A stretch of 55,275 nt of DNA from Syntrophobacterales bacterium (GTDB lineage: Bacteria > Desulfobacterota > Syntrophia > Syntrophales > UBA2210). Location of the stretch: NCBI GenBank assembly GCA_021163105.1, contig JAGGXJ010000086.1:1-55275 (forward strand). The letters are read 5' to 3'. Below the pieces are notes generated by a model. It searched no databases, had not been told where the DNA came from, and was given only the letters and a program-made list of their open reading frames with translations. A program made the position numbers and the translations under genes. Positions 39,158 to 49,200 of the stretch are shown here, one piece after another (position 1 is the stretch's first letter; each line of letters begins with the position of its first letter).

Positions 39158-39539
39158 TCGGCCACTCCCCCCTTTCTTTCAGGACATCGCGGTAGATTGC
39201 GAGAGCTTCATTAACTGCGGGCATCCCCGCATAGGTAGCGAGCTGGAAGAAGATCTCTGCCAGCTTTCCGGGATCACAACCGACATTCAGAGCCGCGTTG
39301 ACATGCAGTCGCAGTTCATCTCCGGCACGAAGTGCAGCCAGCATGGCGCACGCGGCCATCTGTCTTTCCGGCAGGGTAAGCACGGTCCTGGAGTACATAT
39401 TGCCTGTTATAAATCTGGAAAAGTCATTGGCGAGATTTCTGTCAAATTCCTTCCACATGAAGTAGGGAGGGTCCATCTGTATGCCGTCGCCAAAGAGTTT
39501 TTTCGCTGTCTCCCGTGTTTTGTCCTCTGTTTTGCCCAT
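39135..39539 (-). CDS. Carboxymuconolactone decarboxylase (CMD/PcaC-like) family protein
   Basis: YSRTVLTLPERQM, ELRLHVNAALNVG, QLATYAGMPA; no AhpD CxxC. Confidence 0.82.
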   Translation of the reverse strand: MGKTEDKTRETAKKLFGDGIQMDPPYFMWKEFDRNLANDFSRFITGNMYSRTVLTLPERQMAACAMLAALRAGDELRLHVNAALNVGCDPGKLAEIFFQLATYAGMPAVNEALAIYRDVLKERGEWPIERSAEI

Positions 39540-39550
39540 AATATTATCCT

Positions 39551-40861
39551 TTATTTTACCAGAAATATATCTCTGTCTCTGTCCTGGAAATACACATAAT
39601 CATATGATCCCCCGGCTGTTGATTCAAAAATTTCTTCTCCCTTTTTTCTGCATGTGGGACAGCTCTGTCCCGGGATCATAACCGCAAAGATTCTGTTGCC
39701 TGTGCTTGCCTGGGAATCGATGGTTATCAGGCCTCCGCATTCGTCGCATATGCGGACAGTCTCTTTCTGCTGTTCGCTTATCCCGTCAGTATCGTAGAAT
39801 ATACTCTTGTCGCGGCGCATGTACTCTCCGCCCTTTGTCACACCGGCCCTTTGAGACCTGCGATTTCTCCACAGGTTGTAAATATGTGAAACCTGCTGTT
39901 CTATATACTGAGTTGTCTGAGGGGGCTGCCTGATGTTTTCGGGATTGTAGTCCGGTTCAGTAACATGGCTGTAGTCCAAGCCGGCCATGGCTAATATTAT
40001 ACCCACATTAACGTAGGGAAGGGCGCTTTCTATGGAGTATCCGCCCTCAAGCACGGCTATATCGGGCGACAGCCTGTCGTTCAAAATGGCATATCCCTGC
40101 GCGGAGAAAGCCATATTGGTGATCGGGTCGCTGTAATGATTGTCCTGTCCGGCCGAGTTGATAATCAGATCCGGCTTGAATTCATCCAGCATGGGAAGTA
40201 TCAGATTGTCCAGCGTGAACAGAAAGCCTTCATCCGAGGTATTGGGAGGAAGAGGTATGTTTATCGTGTAACCCAAGGCGTTCGGCCCTCCGAATTCGTC
40301 GGGAAACCCGGAGCCGGGATATAGCGTTCTACCGTCCTGATGCACCGATATGTACAAGGTATTGGGGTCATGCCAGAATATGTCCTGCGAACCGTCGCCA
40401 TGATGGCAGTCGGTATCAACGATGGCGATTTTCTTTGGGCCGTATTTGTGTCTTATATATTCGACCATGATAGCTTCAATATTTATATTACAGAACCCCC
40501 TGGCGCCGTGGACGATACGCATGGCATGGTGTCCGGGTGGGCGGACAAGCGCGAAGGCATTGTCGACCTCTTTCTGCATCACCTTTTCGGCGGCTGTTAT
40601 GGCTCCTCCCGCGGAGATGAGGTGAGACTGCGTAATAACACTTTCAGCGTCCGGCGCGCAGATATGGATGCGATTTATATCCTGAATAGTGGCAAGCCCT
40701 GGTTTGAACTCCACGATATTATCCAGATCGAGCAGTCCTTCTTCAAATACCTGGTCCTGTGTGTAGAGGAGGCGTTCTTCTCTTTCCGGGTGAGTTGGTG
40801 ATATCGCCCAGTCGAAGGCGGGGAAGAATATCAGTCCGGTTTTTTTCTTATTATCTGACAT
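39551..40861 (-). CDS. Zn-dependent HDAC-family deacylase with a C-terminal Cys4 extension
   Basis: HPEREER, RPPGHHA, GFCNIN, DTDCHHGDG, YPGSG, SAGQDNH, LEGGY; C-terminal CDEC...CPTC. Confidence 0.88.
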   Translation of the reverse strand: MSDNKKKTGLIFFPAFDWAISPTHPEREERLLYTQDQVFEEGLLDLDNIVEFKPGLATIQDINRIHICAPDAESVITQSHLISAGGAITAAEKVMQKEVDNAFALVRPPGHHAMRIVHGARGFCNINIEAIMVEYIRHKYGPKKIAIVDTDCHHGDGSQDIFWHDPNTLYISVHQDGRTLYPGSGFPDEFGGPNALGYTINIPLPPNTSDEGFLFTLDNLILPMLDEFKPDLIINSAGQDNHYSDPITNMAFSAQGYAILNDRLSPDIAVLEGGYSIESALPYVNVGIILAMAGLDYSHVTEPDYNPENIRQPPQTTQYIEQQVSHIYNLWRNRRSQRAGVTKGGEYMRRDKSIFYDTDGISEQQKETVRICDECGGLITIDSQASTGNRIFAVMIPGQSCPTCRKKGEEIFESTAGGSYDYVYFQDRDRDIFLVK

Positions 40862-42533
40862 CCGATTCCTCCTTTTTAAAGCCCGCGACCAGCCCCGGTT
40901 TTACCTGGGCCTTAATCCTTATATTTTTGCCGGCACTATAACCCATTTCACTTACCATATTGAAGACCTGATCCTCTATTATCTCTATATCAAGATCGTC
41001 TTCCCGTGCTCCCATTCGCAGAGCCCTTTCACGCAGTTTGTCCTCGCATATATCGATCGCGTTCTCCCGCGTGAATCCACGTGGTATACTGGCCTGTATG
41101 CCTTCCTCCGCGATGGTCATCTCTCCTTTTTCAGTATCGGCGAGGAGGGTCAATTCGGTGGTTGTCCTTGCCAGGGCAGCCCCTATCGCGTTGGCGACCT
41201 GGGCATGTTCTGGAATAAAGGAGGGGAACCCCAGCATTTTATCTATATAGGACGCCATCGGCCTGGCTGGCCCCCCTACGACATATACCACCTCGGGATT
41301 TATCTTTTTCCCTTCAAAGATTTCGTGGACGGTGTAAACAGGTTTGTTGTTGATTTCGCTGAGCATCTCATTCACAGCAGATATTATTTTCCGGCAGGCA
41401 AGATCAAACATCTCCTTTGCCATCTCCTCGATGGAACAGTTCTTAATCCCGGCTATCTCTTCCACCGCCTTGAGAGCTTTTCCTCTGTCTCCTATATTGG
41501 TAAGGCTGAGGGCTATCATGGCATCTGTCGGAGTGGGGGAGGGACCTCCGAAGGCCGCTGCCGGGCCGTCTCTCTCCGGACCTATTACAAGTTGTCCGTC
41601 TTCATATCTGACACGGCTGTCGCCACCTATCCCTATGGATCTTGTCAGAAGCCCCCTGATAAGTGTTTTGTGTCCTTCTATGGTTACGCCAAGGGGTTCC
41701 AGAAGAGGTGTGCCGCCTGCGAAGATTGCTATATCCGTTGTGGTTCCGCCGATATCCAGAGCGACCGCATCTCTGTTGTCGTTTGTCAGGCTAAGAATGC
41801 CCATGACGCTGGCAGCGGGCCCGGAGAGTATTGATCCAACGGGGTACTCGGCGGACTGGCTGATACCGGAGGTGCCGCCATCCGCCTTCAGTATATAGAT
41901 GGGAGCGGTTGTATTTGTATGCCCCACATATTCCATGATGTTCTTGACGAAGATGTTGTATGTATTCCATATCGCGGCGTTGAGATATGTTGTTGCTATG
42001 CGCCTTGGGAAGTTCAGATTTCCCGACATGCGGTGGCCGAAAGACATGTGCCTGAATCTGCCGTCAATGATGTCTCCTATTTCCGTTTCGAGACGGGGAT
42101 TTCGTGTGGAAAACTTTCCGACGATTCCCACATGATCTATCCCTTCTTTCTCGAAAATATCCCCGATACCGGTGACCTCTTTCCTGTCTGTCCCGGCAAC
42201 TCTGATTCCGCGGTGGTTTACATAACCGGATATAAAGCGGGTATCTTCGTTGATCCTGAGCATTTCAGATGAAAGGCCGGGGCCGGCTGCGAGTATCATC
42301 CCCACCCTGTCTGTTTTGCTCTGGACTATGGCGTTGGTTGATATGGTGGTGCTGAGGACCACCTTTTCCAATTTACCGGGGTCCTCACCCTCGAAGATTT
42401 CTTCTGTGACCTCCATAAGTGACTTTATCAGGTTCTCCCGGTTTGTTATAACTTTTGCCGTTTTCTTTATCTCAAATCTGTCCAGTAAAACCGCATCAGT
42501 GTGTGTTCCCCCGACATCAATCCCTACGATCAT
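40851..42533 (-). CDS. Hydantoinase A / 5-oxoprolinase family protein
   Basis: GIDVGGTHTDAV, LSGPAAS, DIGGTTTDIA, IGIGGDS, PTPTDA, VANAIGAA. Confidence 0.88.
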   Translation of the reverse strand: MIVGIDVGGTHTDAVLLDRFEIKKTAKVITNRENLIKSLMEVTEEIFEGEDPGKLEKVVLSTTISTNAIVQSKTDRVGMILAAGPGLSSEMLRINEDTRFISGYVNHRGIRVAGTDRKEVTGIGDIFEKEGIDHVGIVGKFSTRNPRLETEIGDIIDGRFRHMSFGHRMSGNLNFPRRIATTYLNAAIWNTYNIFVKNIMEYVGHTNTTAPIYILKADGGTSGISQSAEYPVGSILSGPAASVMGILSLTNDNRDAVALDIGGTTTDIAIFAGGTPLLEPLGVTIEGHKTLIRGLLTRSIGIGGDSRVRYEDGQLVIGPERDGPAAAFGGPSPTPTDAMIALSLTNIGDRGKALKAVEEIAGIKNCSIEEMAKEMFDLACRKIISAVNEMLSEINNKPVYTVHEIFEGKKINPEVVYVVGGPARPMASYIDKMLGFPSFIPEHAQVANAIGAALARTTTELTLLADTEKGEMTIAEEGIQASIPRGFTRENAIDICEDKLRERALRMGAREDDLDIEIIEDQVFNMVSEMGYSAGKNIRIKAQVKPGLVAGFKKEESDVR

Positions 42534-42547
42534 GATTTTCTCCTCAA

Positions 42548-44725
42548 TTACCTGTTCAGAAATCGGTAATATTCGTACATTTTGGACAGGGCCTTTACCG
42601 CCCTTTCCGGATTCGGGTAGAATACACTTTTGAAGGCACAGTTTTCAACATTATATACAGTATGATGCTTTTCATCCTCAAGGAGGCTTACACCCAGTAT
42701 GGGTTTCCCATATTTTTTCATCATGTGTGCCACACGAACGATATACTCTTCTTCGAGGCTATCTAGAAATTTTGCCCCGTCATTCAGGAACTCGTCGGAA
42801 TAGCTGGAGTCCGCTTGACGAACTGATTCGAACAGATGCTTCGTGAATATTCTTAATCCCAGTATACCAAGATTTATAATAGCATCGCAGCCATCCCACT
42901 TCAAAAATTCCTCCATCAATGCCAACGGTATGGTATTATCGCTTTCACCCACAATATCTGCCGGATTGGACCTGCTCCAGTAGGGTGGAAGGATTTTGTC
43001 CATGCGCTCCAGTATGTCATCCGGCAGGTCCGGCACATTAAGTCCTTCCCGGGCGCACATATCGGCGGTTATGACTCCCCACCCGCCTCCGAGAGTAACA
43101 ATGGCTATGCGGTTTCCCTTCGGCAGAGGCAGGGAAGAAAACGCGGCGGCAAGATCAAGAAGCTCCATTGATCGTTCCACCTTTATTATGCCCGCCTGTT
43201 TACATATGGCATCAAATACACGAGAGTCGGAGGATAATGCCCCTGTATGACTGGACGCGGCGCGATTCCCAGCCCTGCTTTGTCCCCCCTTTAGCAGTAC
43301 AATAGGTTTCTTTTTTCCTGTTTTTCTGGCACCTTCGAAAAACCGTCGGCCGTTTTTAACGCTTTCGACATAGAGGATAATAATCTTTGTGAGGGAATCG
43401 ATTCCAAGACCCTCAATAAAGTCTTCGACCGTAACTATTGCTTCGTTTCCAGAGCCACAGAACCCTCTGATTCCGATGCCCTGTTCTTCCGCAAAGGCAA
43501 GGAGCTGGACACCCAGATTTCCGGACTGGGAAACGATGGCCGTTGAACCCGCCATGGGTTTTGTGGTGGCACTGACGCAGTTAAGATTTCTGTGCGGGTT
43601 GCAAATACCCATGGTATTGGGACCAAGGATAACTATGCCCGCTTTTCTTCCCTCCATGACAAGCGCCTGTTCCAGGGCCTTTCCTTCCGTTCCTGTCTCG
43701 CTAAATCCGGAGGTGATGAGAAGCATATTTCTGATGCCTTTTTCTTTGAACTGAGGAATCAGATCCAGCACCATCTTCGCTGGTATTGTAACGACTCCCA
43801 GATCAACATCACCCGGGATTTCGGTAACCGATTTATAGACATGACGATCAGCTATAGTTCCCCCCTTCGGATTAACCAGGTATATTTTACCCTTGTAGCC
43901 GCCGCTTATTGTATTTACGACAAGCATATGCCCCCATTTTCCTATGGCCCCTGACGCGCCGACAAAGGCAATGGACTTCGGATAGAATAATGCGCGTATA
44001 GCAGTGGGGGCTACGGCCGGACGAGATTTTTCTTCGGCTTGTTTTCCCCCCGGTACAACCAGTGCGTCGACGGCTACGACATCACCGCCAGATGTAACTA
44101 CGAGGGGATTGATATCTATTTCCGATATTTCGGGAATCTCCATACCTATCCGCGACAGTCCCATCAATGTCTCTGTCAGTTTATCCCGATCAGCGGCCTT
44201 CTCTCCCCTGAATTCTCCAAGGAGTGATTTCGCCCTGATTTCATCGAACATTTCCGCCGCGTCGGTTTCAGTAAGCGGGGCAACCCGAAAGGTGACGTCG
44301 GAGAGTGCCTCGGTAAAGACACCGCCGATACCAAACATAATTACCGGCCCGAACTGTTCATCCCGGAACAGACCGGTGACAAACTCTCTCTTCCCCTGAA
44401 CCTGCGGCTGTACCAGCAACCCTTCAAGTTCATTACCTGCTTCCTGGGCGATCAGGGAGGCTGCGTTCCTGACAGCCTCATCATCGGTGAGATTAAGATG
44501 CACAAGCCCCCTCTCGGTTTTGTGCAGCAGCGTGGCACCGAGTCCCTTAAGTACCACAGGAAATCCCGTCTTTCGCGCGGCCTTCACGGCCTCATCTTCA
44601 CTGAGGGCAATTGTTTCACTGATAACAGGCACGCCATATGCTTTAAGTACCTGTTTTGATTCATTTTCTGTCAGGGCTTTGTTCTCCGACGTTCTGACTT
44701 TATCTAACAATTCCTCTATATTCAC
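42548..44725 (-). CDS. ADP-forming acyl/acetate--CoA ligase, fused beta-alpha (ATP-grasp first)
   Basis: ESKQVLKAYGVP, HKTERG, DINPL; CoA-binding SIAFVGAS, GPNTMG, SQSG, ASSHTGAL (phospho-His); no GNAT domain. Confidence 0.88.
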   Translation of the reverse strand: MNIEELLDKVRTSENKALTENESKQVLKAYGVPVISETIALSEDEAVKAARKTGFPVVLKGLGATLLHKTERGLVHLNLTDDEAVRNAASLIAQEAGNELEGLLVQPQVQGKREFVTGLFRDEQFGPVIMFGIGGVFTEALSDVTFRVAPLTETDAAEMFDEIRAKSLLGEFRGEKAADRDKLTETLMGLSRIGMEIPEISEIDINPLVVTSGGDVVAVDALVVPGGKQAEEKSRPAVAPTAIRALFYPKSIAFVGASGAIGKWGHMLVVNTISGGYKGKIYLVNPKGGTIADRHVYKSVTEIPGDVDLGVVTIPAKMVLDLIPQFKEKGIRNMLLITSGFSETGTEGKALEQALVMEGRKAGIVILGPNTMGICNPHRNLNCVSATTKPMAGSTAIVSQSGNLGVQLLAFAEEQGIGIRGFCGSGNEAIVTVEDFIEGLGIDSLTKIIILYVESVKNGRRFFEGARKTGKKKPIVLLKGGQSRAGNRAASSHTGALSSDSRVFDAICKQAGIIKVERSMELLDLAAAFSSLPLPKGNRIAIVTLGGGWGVITADMCAREGLNVPDLPDDILERMDKILPPYWSRSNPADIVGESDNTIPLALMEEFLKWDGCDAIINLGILGLRIFTKHLFESVRQADSSYSDEFLNDGAKFLDSLEEEYIVRVAHMMKKYGKPILGVSLLEDEKHHTVYNVENCAFKSVFYPNPERAVKALSKMYEYYRFLNR

Positions 44726-44870
44726 ACCGGACTCCTTTTTATGGATAAACTTTTATGTGCATTCCGTAAATATGTTCTGTTGTCTATATCATTAAGCTGT
44801 GAAAGTGAAGAAAATTTATGATTCTGTACAATTTAGAAACACAAATTTTCCATTGCTGACAGACCTTTCA

Positions 44871-44899
44871 TTGACAATCTGTCTTCCCTTGTTTATAAG
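44871..44899 (+). promoter_or_regulatory. Putative sigma70 promoter for the YajD-like gene
   Basis: TTGACA-N17-TATAAG. Confidence 0.6.
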
Positions 44900-44958
44900 A
44901 AAAACATTATATACAAACCTTCACGTTTCGGCGGACTGAAAAGAGAGGATTACGGGTA

Positions 44959-45417
44959 TTGGCTAAGGTTTCTTTTGACGGCAGAACAGGGCGTGTAAGA
45001 TCAAGCGTCAGAAACGACGTACCGAAGACACAGAAGTCTGTCGGGGACGTTGTGCGGGAAATAAAAGAGGGCATGAAAAAGCCGGAGGGTGAAAACTACA
45101 GGGAACGCTCGCTCGCTATTCATGGTCTGGTGTGCGCGCGGTGCGGCAGGGAATTTAATCATACCAACAGACATCTTCTGACAGTTCATCACAGGGACGG
45201 CAACCATCACAATAATCCTCCGGACGGCAGCAATTGGGAAAACCTGTGCGCCTACTGCCACGAAGATGTGCACAGCCGGGAAGTTTTGGGTGAATATTTC
45301 GATGGCACCCGGGGTGGCAGAGACGATGTAGTGGTCTATGGTGATGATGACACAAACAGCGGGCCGGGGTCCCTGGGGGCTAAACTTCAGGAAGCCATGA
45401 AAAATAAAAAGAAGTAG
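44959..45417 (+). CDS. yajD: YajD-like HNH nuclease family protein
   Basis: YRERSL, CARCGREF, LTVHHRDGNHHNNPPDGSNWENLCAYCHEDVH. Confidence 0.8.
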   Translation: MAKVSFDGRTGRVRSSVRNDVPKTQKSVGDVVREIKEGMKKPEGENYRERSLAIHGLVCARCGREFNHTNRHLLTVHHRDGNHHNNPPDGSNWENLCAYCHEDVHSREVLGEYFDGTRGGRDDVVVYGDDDTNSGPGSLGAKLQEAMKNKKK

Positions 45418-45544
45418 GAATTAACGGCTCTGACACACTCTTTTATGCCAAATTCTCTAACCAGCTTATTGATATGATAGGAAAAGAATTGCCCACAAAC
45501 ACATCAGAACAGTAAGAAAATACCACATTAAAATATCCGGTTAA

Positions 45545-46765
45545 ATGAATCTAACAAAGAAAATATCCAGACATAATTATTATGCACTTTTGTGGCATGC
45601 CTTGTTTCTCGCATTGGCTAAAAATTTCATGGATGTTGATACGATTATCCCCGCCATGATGATTGATGCCGGGGGTACTTCTGTGCATATTGGCCTGTTA
45701 ACGGCTATAATGCTTGGAGGTTCTCGTCTCAGCCAGTTGTTTTTTGCTCCATTCATTAATAATCGACCGATGAAGAAAGGTTCTCTTTTATTAGGAATAA
45801 ACACAAGAATATTTGCTTTGGTATGCCTGGTATTTCTTTTCTTTTTGTCTTCAAGGATAACGGGCAGCTTCTTAATCATACTGATTTTTTTGTTCATCTC
45901 TGTGTTCTCGATAAGCGGCGGATTTGCTAATATCAGTTATACAGATATATTAGGGAAATCAGTTTTGCCGGAGAGTAGAAAACCCTTCCTTTCAATCAAG
46001 CAGGTAATAGTAAGCGCCGGTCTGTTTGCTTCAGCTTATTTTGCCAGCAGAGCCCTGACACTAATTCCATATCCAGATAATTACGCGTATCTGTTTATTA
46101 TTGCAACCGTGATGCTTACAATTGCCTCTGCGGGTTTCTGGCGACTGAAAGAAGTTAAGATATCGAAACAAGAGACATATGAATATAAAAAATTTATCCG
46201 TATTATTTTGCAGGAAATTCGAGCGAATAAAAAATTAATGTATTATCTTCTGGTTACCAACACACAAGGTGTCTCTTTGGCTTTGATGCCTTTTTTAATA
46301 TTTTACGCAAAGGATGTTTTAAATGCCACCGGCAGTGATATTGGTAGTTATCTGATCTTTAAAGTAATTGGAGGAATTCTTGTTGGCGCGCTGCTTTTTT
46401 ATCATTCCAGGAAAATAAAATATCAGCACCTGTTGTATCTTACTTCAATATTAGCCCTCATTATCCCCTTGTTTGTGTTGATATTGCCGGGGCATTTTTT
46501 TCTTAGCCTTTCATTTTTAGCCGGTGGTATTGTTTTTACACTTCATACTATAACCACGAGCGGAGTTCTGCTTGAAGTATCGACTAATGAAAACAGAGCA
46601 TTATACACAGGAATAGTCGGAGCAGGGAGTGTGCTCCCGGTTGTTTTCCCTCTTGCCGGCAGCTGGATTATAAATCAGTTCGGGTTTTCAATGTTTTTCA
46701 TTACATTCATGTTCATAATCAGCTTTTCGTTTTATTTCATCTTTAAACTGGATTGTCGGGCATGA
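45545..46765 (+). CDS. MFS-type transporter
   Basis: About 12 hydrophobic segments in 406 aa; AT-rich coding sequence. Confidence 0.75.
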   Translation: MNLTKKISRHNYYALLWHALFLALAKNFMDVDTIIPAMMIDAGGTSVHIGLLTAIMLGGSRLSQLFFAPFINNRPMKKGSLLLGINTRIFALVCLVFLFFLSSRITGSFLIILIFLFISVFSISGGFANISYTDILGKSVLPESRKPFLSIKQVIVSAGLFASAYFASRALTLIPYPDNYAYLFIIATVMLTIASAGFWRLKEVKISKQETYEYKKFIRIILQEIRANKKLMYYLLVTNTQGVSLALMPFLIFYAKDVLNATGSDIGSYLIFKVIGGILVGALLFYHSRKIKYQHLLYLTSILALIIPLFVLILPGHFFLSLSFLAGGIVFTLHTITTSGVLLEVSTNENRALYTGIVGAGSVLPVVFPLAGSWIINQFGFSMFFITFMFIISFSFYFIFKLDCRA

Positions 46766-47688
46766 CCGTTCACGGTTGAATCGGTGGAAAAGGCAGCACG
46801 GTTTCTGCTCATAAGATTGGTGATGAAGACGGCGGCAAGCACCAGCGCTCCGCCCGCCAACTGGAGCGGGGTCAGGCGCTCACCCAGAATAATCCAGGCG
46901 CCAAGTGCCGTTACCACGGGGATACCGTTGATAAATATAGACGCCCGCGAGGCCGGTATTCTGGTGAGGGCGTAGTTGTAAAAGAAGAAGGCGGTCACCG
47001 TGGCAAAAACCGATAGGTATAACAGCGCTACAAGAGAGCGATGGTTGATCGCCGCCCAGGAGAGCGTTGGAATATCGAGGAATAGGGCGGGCGCGAAGAA
47101 AAGAGCCCCGTAGAAGCACTGCATACTGGTAATCGCCCGTGAGGAATACCGCCTGCCGAGGTTTCGGGCACTTACAATATAACAAGTTGCCGAGAGCACG
47201 GCCCCGAAGACGATGAGATCCCCCTTCAGTGATCCCTCCAGACCCCAGTTAAAATCGGGGTCGCCGATGACCAGGATAGCGATTCCCGCAAGAGAGAGAA
47301 AGATGCCGACGATACCAAGGCGATTTGTTTTCTCTTTCAGTATGATTGCCGAAAGGATCATTACTGTTATGGGAATGGTGGCAATAATAAGCGATACTTT
47401 AGCTGCTGAGGTGTATAGAAGCCCCTGGGTCTCGCAGAGAAAGTAGAGCCCCGGCTCGAAGATGGTCATAAGAAAAAGCTTCAAGTGATCTCTTGGCGTG
47501 AAGGATGGTACGCCGTGACGGATCATTATGGCGGCAAAAAAAAGGAATGCCAACATAAACCGGGCAAATATGAGCGTGAAAGCAGGAATACTTTCAAGAG
47601 CCACCTTGGTGGCCACAAAAGAAAGTCCCCAGAAGACAGTCGTTGCCACCAATGCTCCGTATGTTTTCAACTGTTCCTGTTCCGGCAT
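46732..47688 (-). CDS. DMT/EamA family transporter
   Basis: VFWGLSFVATK, ILKEK, YNYALTRIPAS, ILGERLTPLQLAGG; two EamA repeats. Confidence 0.9.
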   Translation of the reverse strand: MPEQEQLKTYGALVATTVFWGLSFVATKVALESIPAFTLIFARFMLAFLFFAAIMIRHGVPSFTPRDHLKLFLMTIFEPGLYFLCETQGLLYTSAAKVSLIIATIPITVMILSAIILKEKTNRLGIVGIFLSLAGIAILVIGDPDFNWGLEGSLKGDLIVFGAVLSATCYIVSARNLGRRYSSRAITSMQCFYGALFFAPALFLDIPTLSWAAINHRSLVALLYLSVFATVTAFFFYNYALTRIPASRASIFINGIPVVTALGAWIILGERLTPLQLAGGALVLAAVFITNLMSRNRAAFSTDSTVNGHARQSSLKMK

Positions 47689-47979
47689 AAATCCATTCCA
47701 TTCGTTTAAAAAAGAAAAGAATTCGTATCATATCGGCGTTTATTTGTATATGAGATGTTTGGCAAAACCTGCTGGAAAGATCTATTTCAGTCAGAGTTAA
47801 CCCGATTGATGATTCTATTACTGATAGCGGTAGGTTACCTATGTCGTGACACTTATCAGTCGTTTGTTAAAAACCACTTAGCATCCTGATTGTTGGCATT
47901 ATCATAATCGTACATCTACGATGAACGATTATGCGAAGTGAGAGCAATGAAATATTCAGACAAAAAGATCAAAGGTATA

Positions 47980-48023
47980 GTCAGAAAAGAATACGCCGGT
48001 ATTGCGGTTTCGTCTTTTCTGAC
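47980..48023. terminator. Stem-loop after the aminotransferase gene
   Basis: GTCAGAAAAGA...TCTTTTCTGAC inverted repeat. Confidence 0.5.
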
Positions 48024-48036
48024 AGACCCTGAAGCC

Positions 48037-49200
48037 TTATCTTAACAGAACAGTCTGCGCGGCGGCGAGACCCACCCCATGGTCAAATTTATATCCCGCC
48101 TTTGCAAATCCTGACTCTATCGCGCCCACGGTGGAGAGGATATCAGAAGCGCTCACAACACCCATGTGTCCTACTCGGAAGTACTTAGCCTTGATTTTGG
48201 CGAGGAGACCTCCCGCAAGTATGACACCGGTCTCACCGACCAGCGGGAGGACGCTGCCGTCTACCCCTGCGGGGAAATAGGGGGCGGTCAGGGTGTTGGC
48301 CGCCTTGTCGGCGCTCACCGGGATCTGTTTCATGCCCAGAGCGGTCATGGCAGCCTTGAAGGCATCGCTCATGAGGCAGTGGCGGGCAAAGCGTTTGTCC
48401 ATCCCCTCGGCCAGGATCTGTTCGAGACTGACATCAAGAGCCCACACGAGGTTGACAGCCTGCGTTCCGAAGTAGGCGGCCTTACGATCCTCGTACGACT
48501 CCATGATAGGGAGCCAGTTGGCCCAGTCGGAATAGTAGCTCCCGACGGGTGTCCGGCGGTTTTTGAATGTCTCTATCGCTTTGGGGCTGGCAACAAGAAG
48601 TGCCAGTCCGGGGGGAACACCGATGGCCTTCTGACAGGCGGTGAGGACAATATCCACACCCCATTCTCCCTGACGCAGTTCTTCGCCGGCGACGGAACAG
48701 ACACCGTCCACGATGCACAAGATGCCGTACTTCCGGCACAACCCCGCCAAGCCTTTGACATCGGCGAGAACGGCGGTTGAGGTGTCAACATGTGTTACCG
48801 TCAACACCTTATACTTGGTCTTCTTGATCTCGGTCTCAACCTTGTCCAGAGAGGGGGCGTCTCCGATGGCCGCCTTCACGTGTGTGACTTGTGCCCCGTA
48901 GCGTTCCAGAATTGTTCCGAAACGGTCGCTGAAATAACCCGTATTCACCACCAGCGCATTGTCTCCCGGTTCGATGACGTTGCATGCGGCCATATCCATC
49001 GCCATCGATCCTGAACCGGCAACGATAAAGGGTTGTCCGTCAGGGGAGAGAAACACCTCGCGCATCCGTTCGAGCGCCTGCCCCATGCAGTCAACAAAGG
49101 CGGGAGCCACATGGCTCGTTGTGGGCATACCCATTGCCCGCATTACCTCGGGAGTAAACTCGATCGGTCCGGGGATCATAAGAAGTTTTCTGTGTTTCAT
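48037..49200 (-). CDS. Alanine--glyoxylate / serine--pyruvate aminotransferase family (class V PLP)
   Basis: GGAGG RBS; LMIPGP, GSGSMAM, HVDTST, VDGVCS, ACQKAIGVPPG, FRVGHMG. Confidence 0.9.
   Translation of the reverse strand: MKHRKLLMIPGPIEFTPEVMRAMGMPTTSHVAPAFVDCMGQALERMREVFLSPDGQPFIVAGSGSMAMDMAACNVIEPGDNALVVNTGYFSDRFGTILERYGAQVTHVKAAIGDAPSLDKVETEIKKTKYKVLTVTHVDTSTAVLADVKGLAGLCRKYGILCIVDGVCSVAGEELRQGEWGVDIVLTACQKAIGVPPGLALLVASPKAIETFKNRRTPVGSYYSDWANWLPIMESYEDRKAAYFGTQAVNLVWALDVSLEQILAEGMDKRFARHCLMSDAFKAAMTALGMKQIPVSADKAANTLTAPYFPAGVDGSVLPLVGETGVILAGGLLAKIKAKYFRVGHMGVVSASDILSTVGAIESGFAKAGYKFDHGVGLAAAQTVLLR

Noticed and set aside
42548-44725. Pat/PatZ protein acetyltransferase paired with the nearby deacetylase
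   Set aside because: No GNAT domain, and the phospho-accepting His is retained, indicating an ADP-forming ligase
38357-45417. Anti-phage system built from MazG and the HNH gene
   Set aside because: MazG is the ordinary two-domain housekeeping type and the HNH is YajD-like, divergently oriented and about 6 kb away; no defence-island context
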